A stretch of 64,000 bases of DNA, taken from the NCBI GenBank assembly GCA_002269645.1, contig NIVC01001298.1:124001-188000 (forward strand), in the 5' to 3' direction. Origin of the DNA: Macrostomum lignano (taxonomy: Eukaryota). The notes beneath the pieces were generated by a model. It was not told the origin of the DNA. It was given only the letters and a program-made list of their open reading frames with translations, and did not search any database. The position numbers were made by a program, and so were the translations under genes. Positions 31,700-43,548 of this stretch are shown piece after piece (the first letter of the stretch is position 1; each line of letters opens with the position of its first letter).

Positions 31700-34010
31700 G
31701 CTTTTGACCCCTATGTGAGATATTTTTCTTTAAGGGGCTCCCATCAGATAAAGCAAGCTGCTGCGCCAGCAATGCTAGTGTCTTTCGGCAGTTCGCGGCT
31801 TCATGCCAAGCTTTATTTGCTGTCTTCGATAAGCCCACATTGCTGAAGCAAGCTGCGACACAGGTGCCTCAGAGTGGTCTGCCGCTGCTTCATCTGTTGC
31901 TTTATTGGCTGGCTGCGACAATAATGCTGGTGCCTCTAGGTGGTCTGAAGTTTCATGCCCAGTTTTATTGGCCACCTCCGATGAGCCTGCATTGCCTAAA
32001 GCAAGCTACAACACTAGTGCCTCATGATAGTCCGCCGCTGTTTTGTATATCACTTTATTGGCTGCCTGCGACAACAAAGGAGCATGGTGTGGCAACAGGC
32101 ACTGAATCCAAAGACAGCCACATTTGTCAATTTCTGCTGCTAAAAGTTGGGCCACGCTCAAACTAAAGTTTTGGTGAAATAAAATTTCAAGTAAAAGTTT
32201 ATTTTAAAGTTAATTTCAAAGTTATTTTATAGTTTATAGCAGTGGAGTGCACATCTTTGAGTCAAATACAATAAGTTGACAATACTACATAATGTCATAA
32301 TGTAAGACTTGTGTAGGTTCAGAAGAGAAGAAGATAAGGTATGCAGTTTATGGGTACTCCACATACATATGTTCTTTAAAGTGAACAATGCATTTACCTG
32401 CATTTGACTGTCAACAGGGAATTTAGGAACTATTAAACTGTCAAGGGGTGGCACAGACAGTGGCATCAAAACAACCTGCGTGGCAACTGTTGTGGCGACT
32501 AGGGTGGCAACCATTGTGGCGGCCCAGGTGGCTAATTCAGAGTTTCTGGGAAGTGACGAAGTTTCGACCTCGTTGCTTGACATACTGTTATCCACAGGCT
32601 GATTCAGCTAGTAGAACAATGTGAAAATGTGAACAATAATATAAGCTTCCAATATCGGGATCTAAAAAATGCATAGTTAATAATACCGATAAATGCCAAC
32701 ATCTTGAAATGCGTTTGCGAATAATTCCTAGGCAAGTGTTCCTAGGGCTGAGCATTCCCAGGCCCAAGCTGTCCCAGGGCCAAAACTTTATTTGACTTTA
32801 CAAAACTTGACTCTCCTAAGTTCACTTCACTGTACTTGACTCTTCTAAGTTCCCTCTACTGTACTTGCTCTATTGAACTTGACTCTACTGAACTATGAAC
32901 TGTAGAGTCTGAACTGTGACTACACACTGTGGCAGTGAGAATGTGTTAATCTGCTTGATCTGCTTGGCGGTTGGCACTAATCTGCTTGCTGGCTGGCACT
33001 AATTATCTCAACTGCATTGTACACTTAACTTTTTGGACTACATTCTCCTAAGTTTACTAATCTAAAACCACCCTAAAAGTCAAAATGGCACTCACCTGAA
33101 GTCATTGGTGCACATGGCTGGCTTTCAGATGTGGTTCATAAATCTAAAACATTTGCCTTCGTCTATTGATATGGAACCGCGCTGGGGATGGTGTTGGCAC
33201 CAAAAATATTGGCGTTACTTCCAGCGTCTGCATATTGGATAACAAGGTCGACTACATTTGCAAAGTGGCCATGTGAGGCACTTGCATAAGTAAACAATAG
33301 GACAAGTAGGTTGTGAATGTCAAGGCTGTTAAGTGCGGCGTGCAAGAGAAAAAAATGGCACTGCCTGGTCAAGCTACCAAAAGTTGCTTTGAAACTTGTG
33401 TAGCTCAAGCAACATTGCATTTTCAGCAAAATGTTATGCATGTCGGCACACTCTTGACTCACATCAGCATACTGCTAATGAAGCATTATCATTGTGTCAC
33501 CCAGGGTGGCCTTAAAATTGTAATGCTTGCTGCTGCCTGAGGCATTACAATGCGGGCTGATTAGAGTATCAAAGTGAAAAGTGCCATGTAGCTATTCACC
33601 AATTAGAAAATAACACTCTTCGGCGCATGGTCGGCCTGCCCTTGTGGGGTCCAGCGGAGACCGTGCAGGGCCAGACACAGACTTAGATTGGCCGGAACTT
33701 GTCGTTAACGCCAGCAATGCTGAGTTGGATTGAATCCTTGGCGTCCATGGCTGTGTGGTTCTCAAAGGCGTAGCAGCAGTTGCTGCAGCTCCTGCAGCTA
33801 CAGTATTTGCTGCTGCCGCAACTGCTGCTGCCATACGAGAGGCATACAAGTTGGGCTCTGCAGATTCTGCAGCCAATGCTAATTTATTTTTTTCCATGCC
33901 ATAGCCTTCGTCTTCTACTTTACTGCTTTCACGTTTTTATTGTCCAATTCCACCTTGTCTTGAAGTCCAAGTTTTAGCAGGGCTTCCCACACCCCAGTTA
34001 TAGGGATAAA
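31700..34010 (-). pseudogene. Decayed multi-exon gene (low-complexity exons, possible ankyrin-like segment)
   Basis: AG/GT-bounded exons 32607-32398 (210 nt, open) and 34010-33600 (411 nt, one stop); 33163-33462 contains ASASHGHFANVVDLVIQYADAGSNAN resembling an ankyrin repeat. Confidence 0.3.
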
Positions 34011-34759
34011 CTACAAGATGGCACCATTCTTGGCTAGCTTTTGGCTAGAATGACTCGGCGGGTTAGAAAATTCAAATCAAAATTTAAAGTTTGGCTGCTT
34101 TGTCAACATGCTGGGTGTGCATTGCCAAATGATGCTCGAAAGTAGGACATTAGCCTTGCGGCTCTCTGCGCCGTGAATAAAGAGCCCATCGCATTTTGAT
34201 AATTTCTTAAACAAATTCAGCTTGACCCGCAGTCATAGTGTATAGTTTTAGCAAGCTCCACATTTTAATGGTGAATTGTTTGTTCGCATACAAGTAAAAA
34301 CACTTGCAAAGGCGCTTCACAATATAACTCTATGAATTGACAAAGACCCAGATGGCGTAGTAGTCTTTTGGGCACTCTAGGGCTACAGTCTGTTAAACAC
34401 AGTCTAGAAAAAGTTAATAGTTTTCGAGTCTTAGCCCCGCAGCCAATACGCTTTTTTATGCCACTTTCTGTCAACTGCTCCCTGATGCAGAAATAGTCGC
34501 GCATGGGTAAACCACATGAACTGATTTAAAAATGCGCACCAAGCAGAGGCAAACTATCAATTCAATAATGCATCCATTTAATAGTCTATGGTCAGACCGC
34601 GCTTTCGTACGTTTATATTGACTGCAGTATTTTGCGTTTCTTGTGCCAGCTAGCTTGGTCATTTCGGTGTTAGTGGAAAAACAAGAATTAGGGTTCGGAT
34701 AAAGCTAGGGTTAGTGTTAACTTATGATTATCGTCGAGTTAGGGTTAGCATTGAATTAT

Positions 34760-37700
34760 GGTTTGTTCTGGAATCGGGCGTGTACCTGCGGTTTAGTCAC
34801 ACTGGTTTTATAGTTTGTATTATGGATTTTTAGTGGATTTACTGGTTTGAGATTGGTAGATTCGCTGCCACGAGGCTTCCTGTTTCCCTAATCCTAGTAG
34901 TTAGAGGTAAAGAAGTGACACAGGAAAACCAGTTATTAACAAAATTTATTACTTCAAAAAAGAGAAAAAAATTAAGCATGCAATGATTACTGTTACTTTA
35001 CTTAGTTAATTGTGCGAGAAATTTAGGCATGGACTACCTTGTGCACTGTCCCGGCATTGACTACCTTAACAGTTTATTTTACTTCCTTAAAATTTCCCTG
35101 CCTCTTACCAATTTCTTGATTAAATGTTCTGAGTTAGCAATTTCACAAATGGGATCACAAACGGATGCTTTACCAAGAGCCCAACTGCTCTGTAGATATA
35201 GAGAATCCCCAAAATTAGCGATTTATCCCAGGCTCTAATTACTTCCCCTAAGTAAAACTACTGACAGTAGTCAAAAAGCAAATCTGTACTGTTACTAATT
35301 CTCCCCCTTAATTAATTCCCTACTACACCCCGACTTTTAAAAGTTTGCAATCCCCATTGCATACTTAGCCTTCTTATTAAATTATATATTTGAATATTAT
35401 TATTTGTTGGCGCATGCAAAATGAAATGTGTAGCTACAACAATCAATTCAGTCAATAGGTACCGATGCAGTGGTGAACAGAGTGATAGCTGAATATATAA
35501 TGGCAAACGCGACAACGAAATAGATAGAAACAGTAATGTCATATTAGTAACAGAATAGTGCAAATTGCTAGAAACAGAAATGTCAGAATAATGAAAGAGC
35601 TAGAAACAGTAATAGTAATATTATTAGCACAATCATGTGAATAAGTATTAAACGATTATACTACAAGTGTAAAAGAAGAAATGTTAATGTGGTAAATATT
35701 TATTAGGCACACAGAAAGGCAATTAGGCTAATATAATTGTACTATTATGCGCCAAATGCAGTAATTATAACTATCTCTTAATATTCCTGCTAACTAATTA
35801 ATTGCACTAAATCCCTGCTAATGTAATTGTGTCATTGCCGTCTCTTTATTCATCCTCTTGGCGTCTGTACCTCAGGGTACCAACAGGTACATAAGTCCGT
35901 TAATCGGGATGTGCGCCGCCCTGAACCTGTGACGAATGTCGTCGAGAGTTTCAAACATGGCTCTTTCCCTCCAGGGAACTCCCGCGCGTCTCTCCGCTTC
36001 TTGTAGGACATAGGTGCTGGCCACCTCATAGTTTGTGGTTGCCTCTTCCTCTGAGGCCAGTTCTAAGAATTCCTGGCAGGCTGCCGGTAGCTGGTGGTCC
36101 CATTGGCCGCTCTTCCGCTGGCCAGGATGGCCCTCTTCAATGCCTTGGCGCTAGCCGTGAACAGCCGCTTGAAGGCTCCTTTGTCCCGTCTTGGTGGTTC
36201 AGGTTCCGGCGGTGTTGCTTTTGGCCATCGTGGTGGGCCGAAAGGGTTTGGCAACAGCTGGAGCTGTCGTGGCTCCGCGCTCGGAACAGCCGCTGCCGGT
36301 TGGCCTTGGCCAGTTTGGTCTTCCGTGCTTTCTTCAGTTGGCTGGGCCAGGTCTGTCAGACTTTTCTCCAGTTCTGGACTTCTGCTCTCAATGGTGTCCT
36401 CCACATGCTGAACTAGATCATGCATGAACAAATCTAATTCACGCCGCAAATTCTCTTCACTTATGGCTCTTTCTAGGGCGGCGAAGTCTATATCGAGCAC
36501 CAGGTCCCTATGCACTGCCCCTTCGTCCGGGTGCTCTGCCAGTTCGCTTAGGTTCCTTGGCGGGGTTGTAGGTTCCTCCTTAATTTGGGATACTTTTGGC
36601 TGCGGCGCCTGATTTCCCTCGTCTTCGCGCGATTGTTTCATGCCATATATTTTCTTTGCGGGATGTGCGCGCAAGGGCGCTTCGGCCATTTTAGTTCAAT
36701 TTGGGCTGCAAGAGGTTAAATGGGTTTAGCAACTCCGTTATCCTCTGCACATAACTTTTCTGGCTCGGCCTGATAGTTAATCTATCTGGAGCATGATGCT
36801 CTCTTGCTGGTTTCTAAATTAATCCCTATGGAATGGGCGTGATACCTGCGGCTTAGGCTACTGGTTTTATAGTTTGAATTTTCTAGTGGATCAACTGGTT
36901 TGAGCTTTGGTAGATTTCGCTGCCACCAGGTTCCTGCTTTCCCTTATTCTAGCACTTAGATTTAAAGAAGTGAGTCAGAACACCAATGAAGTTTTGGTTA
37001 ACACAAATGAATAGAAAATAAAAGAAATTGTTCTGATAATCTTCTGATAACACGGACAATTCATCAAGTCGTGAAAGGAATTATCAGAGACTATTAGACT
37101 ATAAAAATTCTTATCCCACCTACCAGTTGTATTATGTATGCATCAATAAAACGACAAAGGAACCTAAGAATATTTTACTAGACAATGGAATCACTCTTAT
37201 AACAGGAGAATTTGCATTGAAATTTCTTTATGGTGATCAATACAAAAACATTATATCCAATATTAAGCAAGTGCTTGGTGATTGGCGACACCTTCAAGTT
37301 GCGGGAACTCCGTTCGAACGAAGTTCGAGTACCTCTGGTACGTCAACAACAGCCTCAAGTACCACTTCAGTTGAGAAATCTTCTGAAGGAACACAGGTAA
37401 TTCCTGTTCCCAAAACCTCTTCCCAGAATCTCCCTAGAATCAGACGGTTCTTGCCCCCAGAATCGCCGGGGTTCAACACTGTTTTGAAGCCTAAAGTCTC
37501 AACTATAAATTTTATAAAGACATTTGTGCAGATCCCATATCAGTAGTAGTAGTACTTTGAGTAGGTTTTTAAGCTATCTATCTACGCGATTCTACGGACT
37601 CCAATAAATACTTTTTATAAGTTTATAAAACATGAAACTTACGGCTTGACCTCCTTTGTACTTCATTGACTGGGGAATCTCAGTCGATAGGGCTTTTAGC

Positions 37701-38500
37701 CCTTTTTGTGATCGAACCTGCCCGTTGTTCAGGCAGGGGCAGAGGCGAGAGAGCACTCTCCTCTCGTGCCTCTCTAACTCTACCCACATTACTGTTGGGC
37801 GGTCTGGGCAATTTTCCATTTCTTCGTGTGTACGAAGGACGCGATCGCCCGATAGAGGCCCTACAGTCAGGACGTCCTGGTAATTGGGCATTCCTCCGCG
37901 CACCCCTCATTGGGTTCCTTGATTGGCAGAAGATTAGCAAAGGAATTAAATACAAATTAAATACAAAAAGAAACCACCAAATTAGCAATTTACCCCCGCT
38001 CGAATTACTTCCCTTGGTTAAAACTACTGATAGTAGGGTAAAAGCGTATTTGTCCCGTGACTAATTCCTGTTCCTAAAATAATGCCCTACTACACCCCCC
38101 CTCGCTACAAAAATGTGCAAAACCCCCTTTTGTACATTGATAATCGTATTTATTTGAGAACAAGCGAAACAAAAATATAGTTACGTAAGGAGTATTAATG
38201 CGATGTACTGGATATAGAGATTAAGTAAGCAAATTATTTTGAATAAGGAAAATGTTAATGCATGCATATGAAATTCCTGGATATTAGAATATAATGTTGG
38301 AATACGATGTCAGAATATAGAATGAATGGTTGATATTATAGCAAGTCGCATATTAATTGCTAAAATAGTTGATATAAAGTATGAATAATGCAGCACACTA
38401 CAACAACAAAATATGAATATAATAATGGTGTATATTATTGCCAGCGGTTGGTTAAATGTTTAGCACCAATAACTGAAAAGAATAATGTGTAGAAATTTAA
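34760..38500 (-). mobile_element. Old internally deleted Gypsy-related relics (two diverged units)
   Basis: Diverged direct repeats 34765-34930 ~ 36834-36985 and 35200-35360 ~ 37970-38130; CGCTGCCACCA (tRNA-Leu PBS-like) at ~36918-36928 with a leader resembling 14821-14876; ORF 36063-36689. Confidence 0.5.
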
Positions 38501-39145
38501 AAAATTGCACGCAACAGTACAAAGTGAGTAGGTCTTTATGTCAAAAAAGAAAAGACTGTGTATTACTTAAGCAAGGCAGCGATTGATGCTTCGTTCCAAA
38601 AGATGGTAAAATAGTCATAATATATATATAGTGAAATGCCGCTTAACTATTAAGTCATTCTCATTAAATGTCGTGTACAGGCTGTAGGTTGTACGTATTC
38701 TGCGCCGATGCATATAATAGGCAGTTGACACGTACCATTTGGTGCTCCGGATCAAACTTCTCCGCAAAGAATTCCAGCTGACTCATAGTGGCGCTCATGC
38801 TGCGGGGTCCGCGCACGTTGCTCTCTGCGTACTGGAGGCAGTACGTGCATGCTATCTCATAGCTTTTGATTGCCTCCTTTTGTTGCTGTCGCTAGGAAAC
38901 AAGCGTATGCCTCCTGTAACTCGGGTTTGAACAACTCGGTTCTGCCCGTCCTCAGGATATACTTCTTTAGTGCCCGGCGGCATCGTCGAAACTTCTTTTC
39001 CCGTTCACTAGGGTTCGCTTGCGGTTCGAATGGCTCCTCCGCCGGTTGTTGTTCATGTATACATGTATTCATGTATCATGTAAATATCATGTATACACTA
39101 AAAATATAGTCAGTTTAATAGTTATGGAAATAGCACGCAAATTTT

Positions 39146-40029
39146 TTACTTCTTAATCCATTTTCCACCCTCGAACACCTCTCGGACTTCGGCGGCGCTC
39201 TCAGCTCTGTCTTCCACGTCAGGATCTTCGTTGAAAGCTACAATATAAAAGCAAGCTTTAAGAAAAATAAACTTACATTACCACAATAGTAAAGCAATCA
39301 CTTACTGTCTTCATACCACTGGTGAATTTGCTTTTCTTCAGGATGGCCTTCTTTCCAAACCAAGGCTACTCTCTCATGTTGCATCTTGAGAAGTTCCTTA
39401 AACCTAGCATCAATGTTTGCCTTCTTGCAAATCGCAGCACTATAATTCATGACTATGCCCATTGAATACGTAGAAAAAATTAAACCTGGGTATTCAAGGC
39501 AGAGTTGATAGTATTTGTTGTAGTCCTCAACCTTCCGGATGGTGATGTTGAATGCGTCGGCCAGCTCTCGCTCTGGCATTTGATACTTGGCGCTTAAATA
39601 GTAGATAAGTCTCCCTTGCTCGAATTGCATCATTGCCTTAGCAATCGATAGAGCTTCAATAGATGTCTTTAGTTTCCTAAATCTTTCAATCAAATCGTGT
39701 TTGGGCGTACCTTCAAGCTTGAGGCCAACGTGGGATAGGCCTTGTGTAATCGCTTCCACGCACACACTAACTCCTCTATTTTCGTTCTCCTCTAACTTCC
39801 GATAGATCGTCTCTAGCACATTCTCCACATAACTATTCTCTTTCCTCCTTTGGGCGGTCGCCTTCTTTTCACTCACTCCATCCAACTTTTCTAAACTATC
39901 ATGTAAGGCCTCTAATTCCTTCTCCGAGAAGTCTTTAAGGCGGCAACCAATTAGCGACTCATCCTTCCTTGACAAATTCGTAGCAATCTCGACAGTAGAT
40001 GATATCTTTGCTTCTTTCAATGATGCCAT
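39146..40029 (-). CDS. Orphan two-exon gene, 271 aa (exons 40029-39306, 39237-39146)
   Basis: 243-aa ORF ends in a GTAAGT donor; a 68-nt GT-AG intron restores frame to ...FEGGKWIKK*; helical, with HTH-like ERELADAFNITIRKVEDY. Confidence 0.6.
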
Positions 40030-40240
40030 GATACCAGTAATTCGTTTCTTAGTTCTTGTAAAAGACAGATATTAGGAGTTGTGCCTAAATAAGAGACTTT
40101 AATGTGACTTTTTTTAGATTTCGTCGTTCTTATACTCACAATTAGAACTTAGGGTGGAGTGCTGAAAATAATAAAAGCGCTTTTCATGAGTAAGCAACTC
40201 ACCTTCCTGTTGTAGCCAGTTTTAATCTGAGGTTGACGCT

Positions 40241-40680
40241 TTGTTATATGATGCGTATAATAGAAAACCCCGAATTCCCGTGTTAGTCATTAGACTGTCT
40301 GCGACCAACCCTTCGGGGCAATTGAGTGAAGTTTGCCTACTCTGCCAAAGAACAACTCTGAGTCATAATATAAGCAAAGAGGTCATGCAAGTTTCAAACA
40401 ATTTAAAAAAGTTTGTGACTTAAAAATGAAAACTACATGGCTAAAATCTTCCTAGAAAAAAATGGAAGCTAATTAATAACCCAAATGTTCGAAATGCTCT
40501 ACCACAAAAATACTGATACTGTTATATCTTTTTCTAAAATAAAAACACCCACTTAAAAGGCTCGACTAATTAAAGAAATTGATAAAGCTTACGATGAATA
40601 TAAAGCAGAAATATTAAAGCACACCGATTGTAAATGCCCCCCCCATATTTGTATTCATTCAGAGTAGTAGAATGCTGGGA
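40241..40680 (+). pseudogene. Orphan Cys-motif ORF relic, copy 1
   Basis: CLLCQRTTLSHN...KHTDCKCPP; clear inverted homology to 57880-58210. Confidence 0.6.
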
Positions 40681-40689
40681 CAATTTTTT

Positions 40690-40900
40690 AACGTCCTCCA
40701 TTATCCCATTAAATCCATCCATATTATCCCCGACGGAATCAGAAAAAAAGGGGGTCGCACTCGCTCACAAAACGTCCTCCATAATCCCATTAAATCCATC
40801 CATATTATCCCTGAATCAGAAAAAAGGGCCGCACTCGCTCACAAAACATCCGCAATCCACCTAAATCCATCTATATTATCCCTGACAGAATCAGAGCATA
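40690..40900 (+). repeat. ~75-80-bp tandem repeat, ~2.7 copies
   Basis: TCCTCCAT.ATCCCATTAAATCCATCCATATTATCCC...GAATCAGAAAAAA...CGCACTCGCTCACAAAAC. Confidence 0.85.
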
Positions 40901-42478
40901 ACTCACTGACACTGACATAATCCACTGACATCCACCCATAGCATCTTCGAAACAATAAGAAAATAATCTGCATTCTTCCCACATTCAATCCGCAATGTGC
41001 TACCAGATCCCTAAGACCTTAAATCCCCAAACCGAGGGTCCTTACCCTTTAAAAAAATTAAATTCTTAATAAAAAATGTTTCCAGTTGTCTCTCCAGGTT
41101 CTTATTACAAAGCGCACGAGCCTACTTACAAGAGTAAGTACCGATGCAAACTTGAATGCAGCGAGTACATGAGAAAATATTGGCCCAGCGTTGATATCAA
41201 TGCCCTCAATATTAATCAAGCTAATGTGACTTCAAAAGTCAACTGGTTACTGTCCCACTAAATTAATCACTGTATGCATGTCCAAATTATAAATAATTCA
41301 ATAATTCAATAATAAACCTAGGTGCTGTGTCAGCTTTTGCTGAATTATGCGCCAGAAATAATAATTGGGCAGCTATCAAGACTATCCTGGCAAAGTCCCT
41401 CTAAATAACCTTTTAGCGTGGTCGCCAAATATAAGTTTCCTAGTTGGCCGCAAACTAAGAACCTTACATATGATTAATAGTAACTCAAACGAGGTAGAAT
41501 ATGCTTGGATGTTATTTACCGATCAACCATATAATTATATTTACTACTGCATTTTCAACGTTTGTATTAATAAGTAAATAAGCAAATAAGCGAGCTACAA
41601 GCAGGGAGAATAAGTCTGAGACACTACGGTATAACTAAGCTACTCAAATACTCCTATTAATCTATTTTATATATATATAAATTACGCCTATCTACCTGGT
41701 CTGAGACCGATACGCTACTATTCATAAATCTATAGTCATGGCAGTGCTCAGTCTTACCCTCAGGTCACAGGTGTCTGCAGAAGCGGTCGTCGTGATTTGC
41801 AAACTATTAAGCAATCCAAAAGTTAATACAAAGCGTGTAAAAGAGAGTGAAAAGAGAGTGAAAAAGGGTAAAGTTTTTAGCATTTAACCCCTCGCTTATT
41901 TATAGTAAACTTCCCCGATGAAGTCCCTGTGAAACTGTCTGCGTTATCATTTCCCACGTCTTCCAGCCACCGCGCAATTCCGGCCGATTCTCACGGTTCC
42001 CCTTTCTCGTGCGATTTCTGAAATGTCTCTGTTAAAATGTAATTGAACCCCGCCCCACATAAAGGCATACAACCCCTCTAAAGTGGAAGCAGACTTTTAG
42101 GGCGGCCTGCACTCGCCCTTTGCAATGCCGTCATCAAGCACTTGTGGCTTTTTGTAAGAGTGCAGCTGTCCACAACTGCTACACTCCACCACGCTCTAAT
42201 AACAATGCAATTCCCTAATTATTGCCTAATTTACCCCCTAATACTACTTCCTAAAATAGTCCCTAAATAGTCCCTAAGGCCTACATGCATATGAAATTGA
42301 ATCCTTATATTTGGCTGAATTAGCGAGCTACACTTCTGCTCTGATAAGATGCATCCCGGCTTCGATCATGCCTACAGCCCGCCATCGCTTAGCGACTGCA
42401 TGTCATCTGGCGGACTAATCTGAAATACGAGATTAAACGATGCGCGCATGAAATTGCGGAGTTGCAGCTAGCTTTAAT

Positions 42479-43155
42479 CAGTGTTGGGCACAGGTCCGAT
42501 ACTCCGATACTCCGATAGTATCACCGATACCATTTGAGTATCGGAGTATCGGACCTCATTACTTTTTTCTCAGTATCGGACCTTGGTATCGCCGATACAT
42601 TTTCTTAAGTCCGATAATCCAATACATTTAATCAAACTAATAGTAATAAATTTGACTAAAAAGCCTAGAAAGTAGTAAAGAAAGTAAAAGGAAGTAAAGA
42701 AAGGACGTTCTCCGTGCAAAGCGCGCTCCACTGGCCGATTCGACCCTCATGAGGCTGGTACTTCTCCGGGGCAACCAGCATATCCCACTCGAGCCGCTCT
42801 GAATTGAATTCTGAAATGATATTAGCTATGTAGCGAGTTTATATTAGCAAATGCTAATATAAATATAATGAAAATTTATAACACTATTTTGCCCACTTCT
42901 TCTCTGGTCAGCCACGTCTCACTTAGTGTCTAAAAATTTAGTAGCTAAGAACTTTTTCTTCATTTTTGGCTTGAAAGATGCAGAAAAGTGAGAAAACGCA
43001 AAAAATGATGTATCGGACCTAGTATCGGAATAAAGTATCGCGCGATAATCTAATTTTGGTATCGGACCAACAAATATCGCCGATACCTTTTAGAGTATCG
43101 GTATCGGAGTATCGCTTTAAAACGATACTTTTTCAAAGTATCGCGCCCAACACTG
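42479..43155. mobile_element. hAT-type MITE, 677 bp
   Basis: 11-bp TIR CAGTGTTGGGC, 8-bp TSD GCTTTAAT on both sides, many CCGATAC/GTATCGG subterminal repeats. Confidence 0.93.
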
Positions 43156-43548
43156 GCTTTAATTTCCAGTCACTCCCGACTCCTTTTATTACACAGTTTA
43201 AATCAGCTGGTGTAACTCACAATAGTTGCGAAATGATTATCTTACACTCTCTCAAACTCAGGAATTACTCTCAAAGTAATTTTGTTATTTGCCTTGTTTT
43301 GGTCCGTCCTGGTACGCTCGTACTCGTACTGCTGCAATCGTTCTCACATACATGTAGTAGTAGTACAAGTAGATAGTAAATATATTCGAAAGGTTAATTT
43401 ATCATTCTTACACATAAACTTACTTTAATAGTATTAGTCCGAGTTATAAAACGCAACCGCCTTTTGAGTCATAGCGCGTTACGATTCTTATTTTCTATAG
43501 CTTCTGCAGTCGAAGAGCCGAAGACTGCGAAAAGGTGGCCGAAGATCA

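Noticed and set aside
34685-34755. TTAGGG-like words as an interstitial telomere
   Set aside because: Only isolated, non-tandem copies
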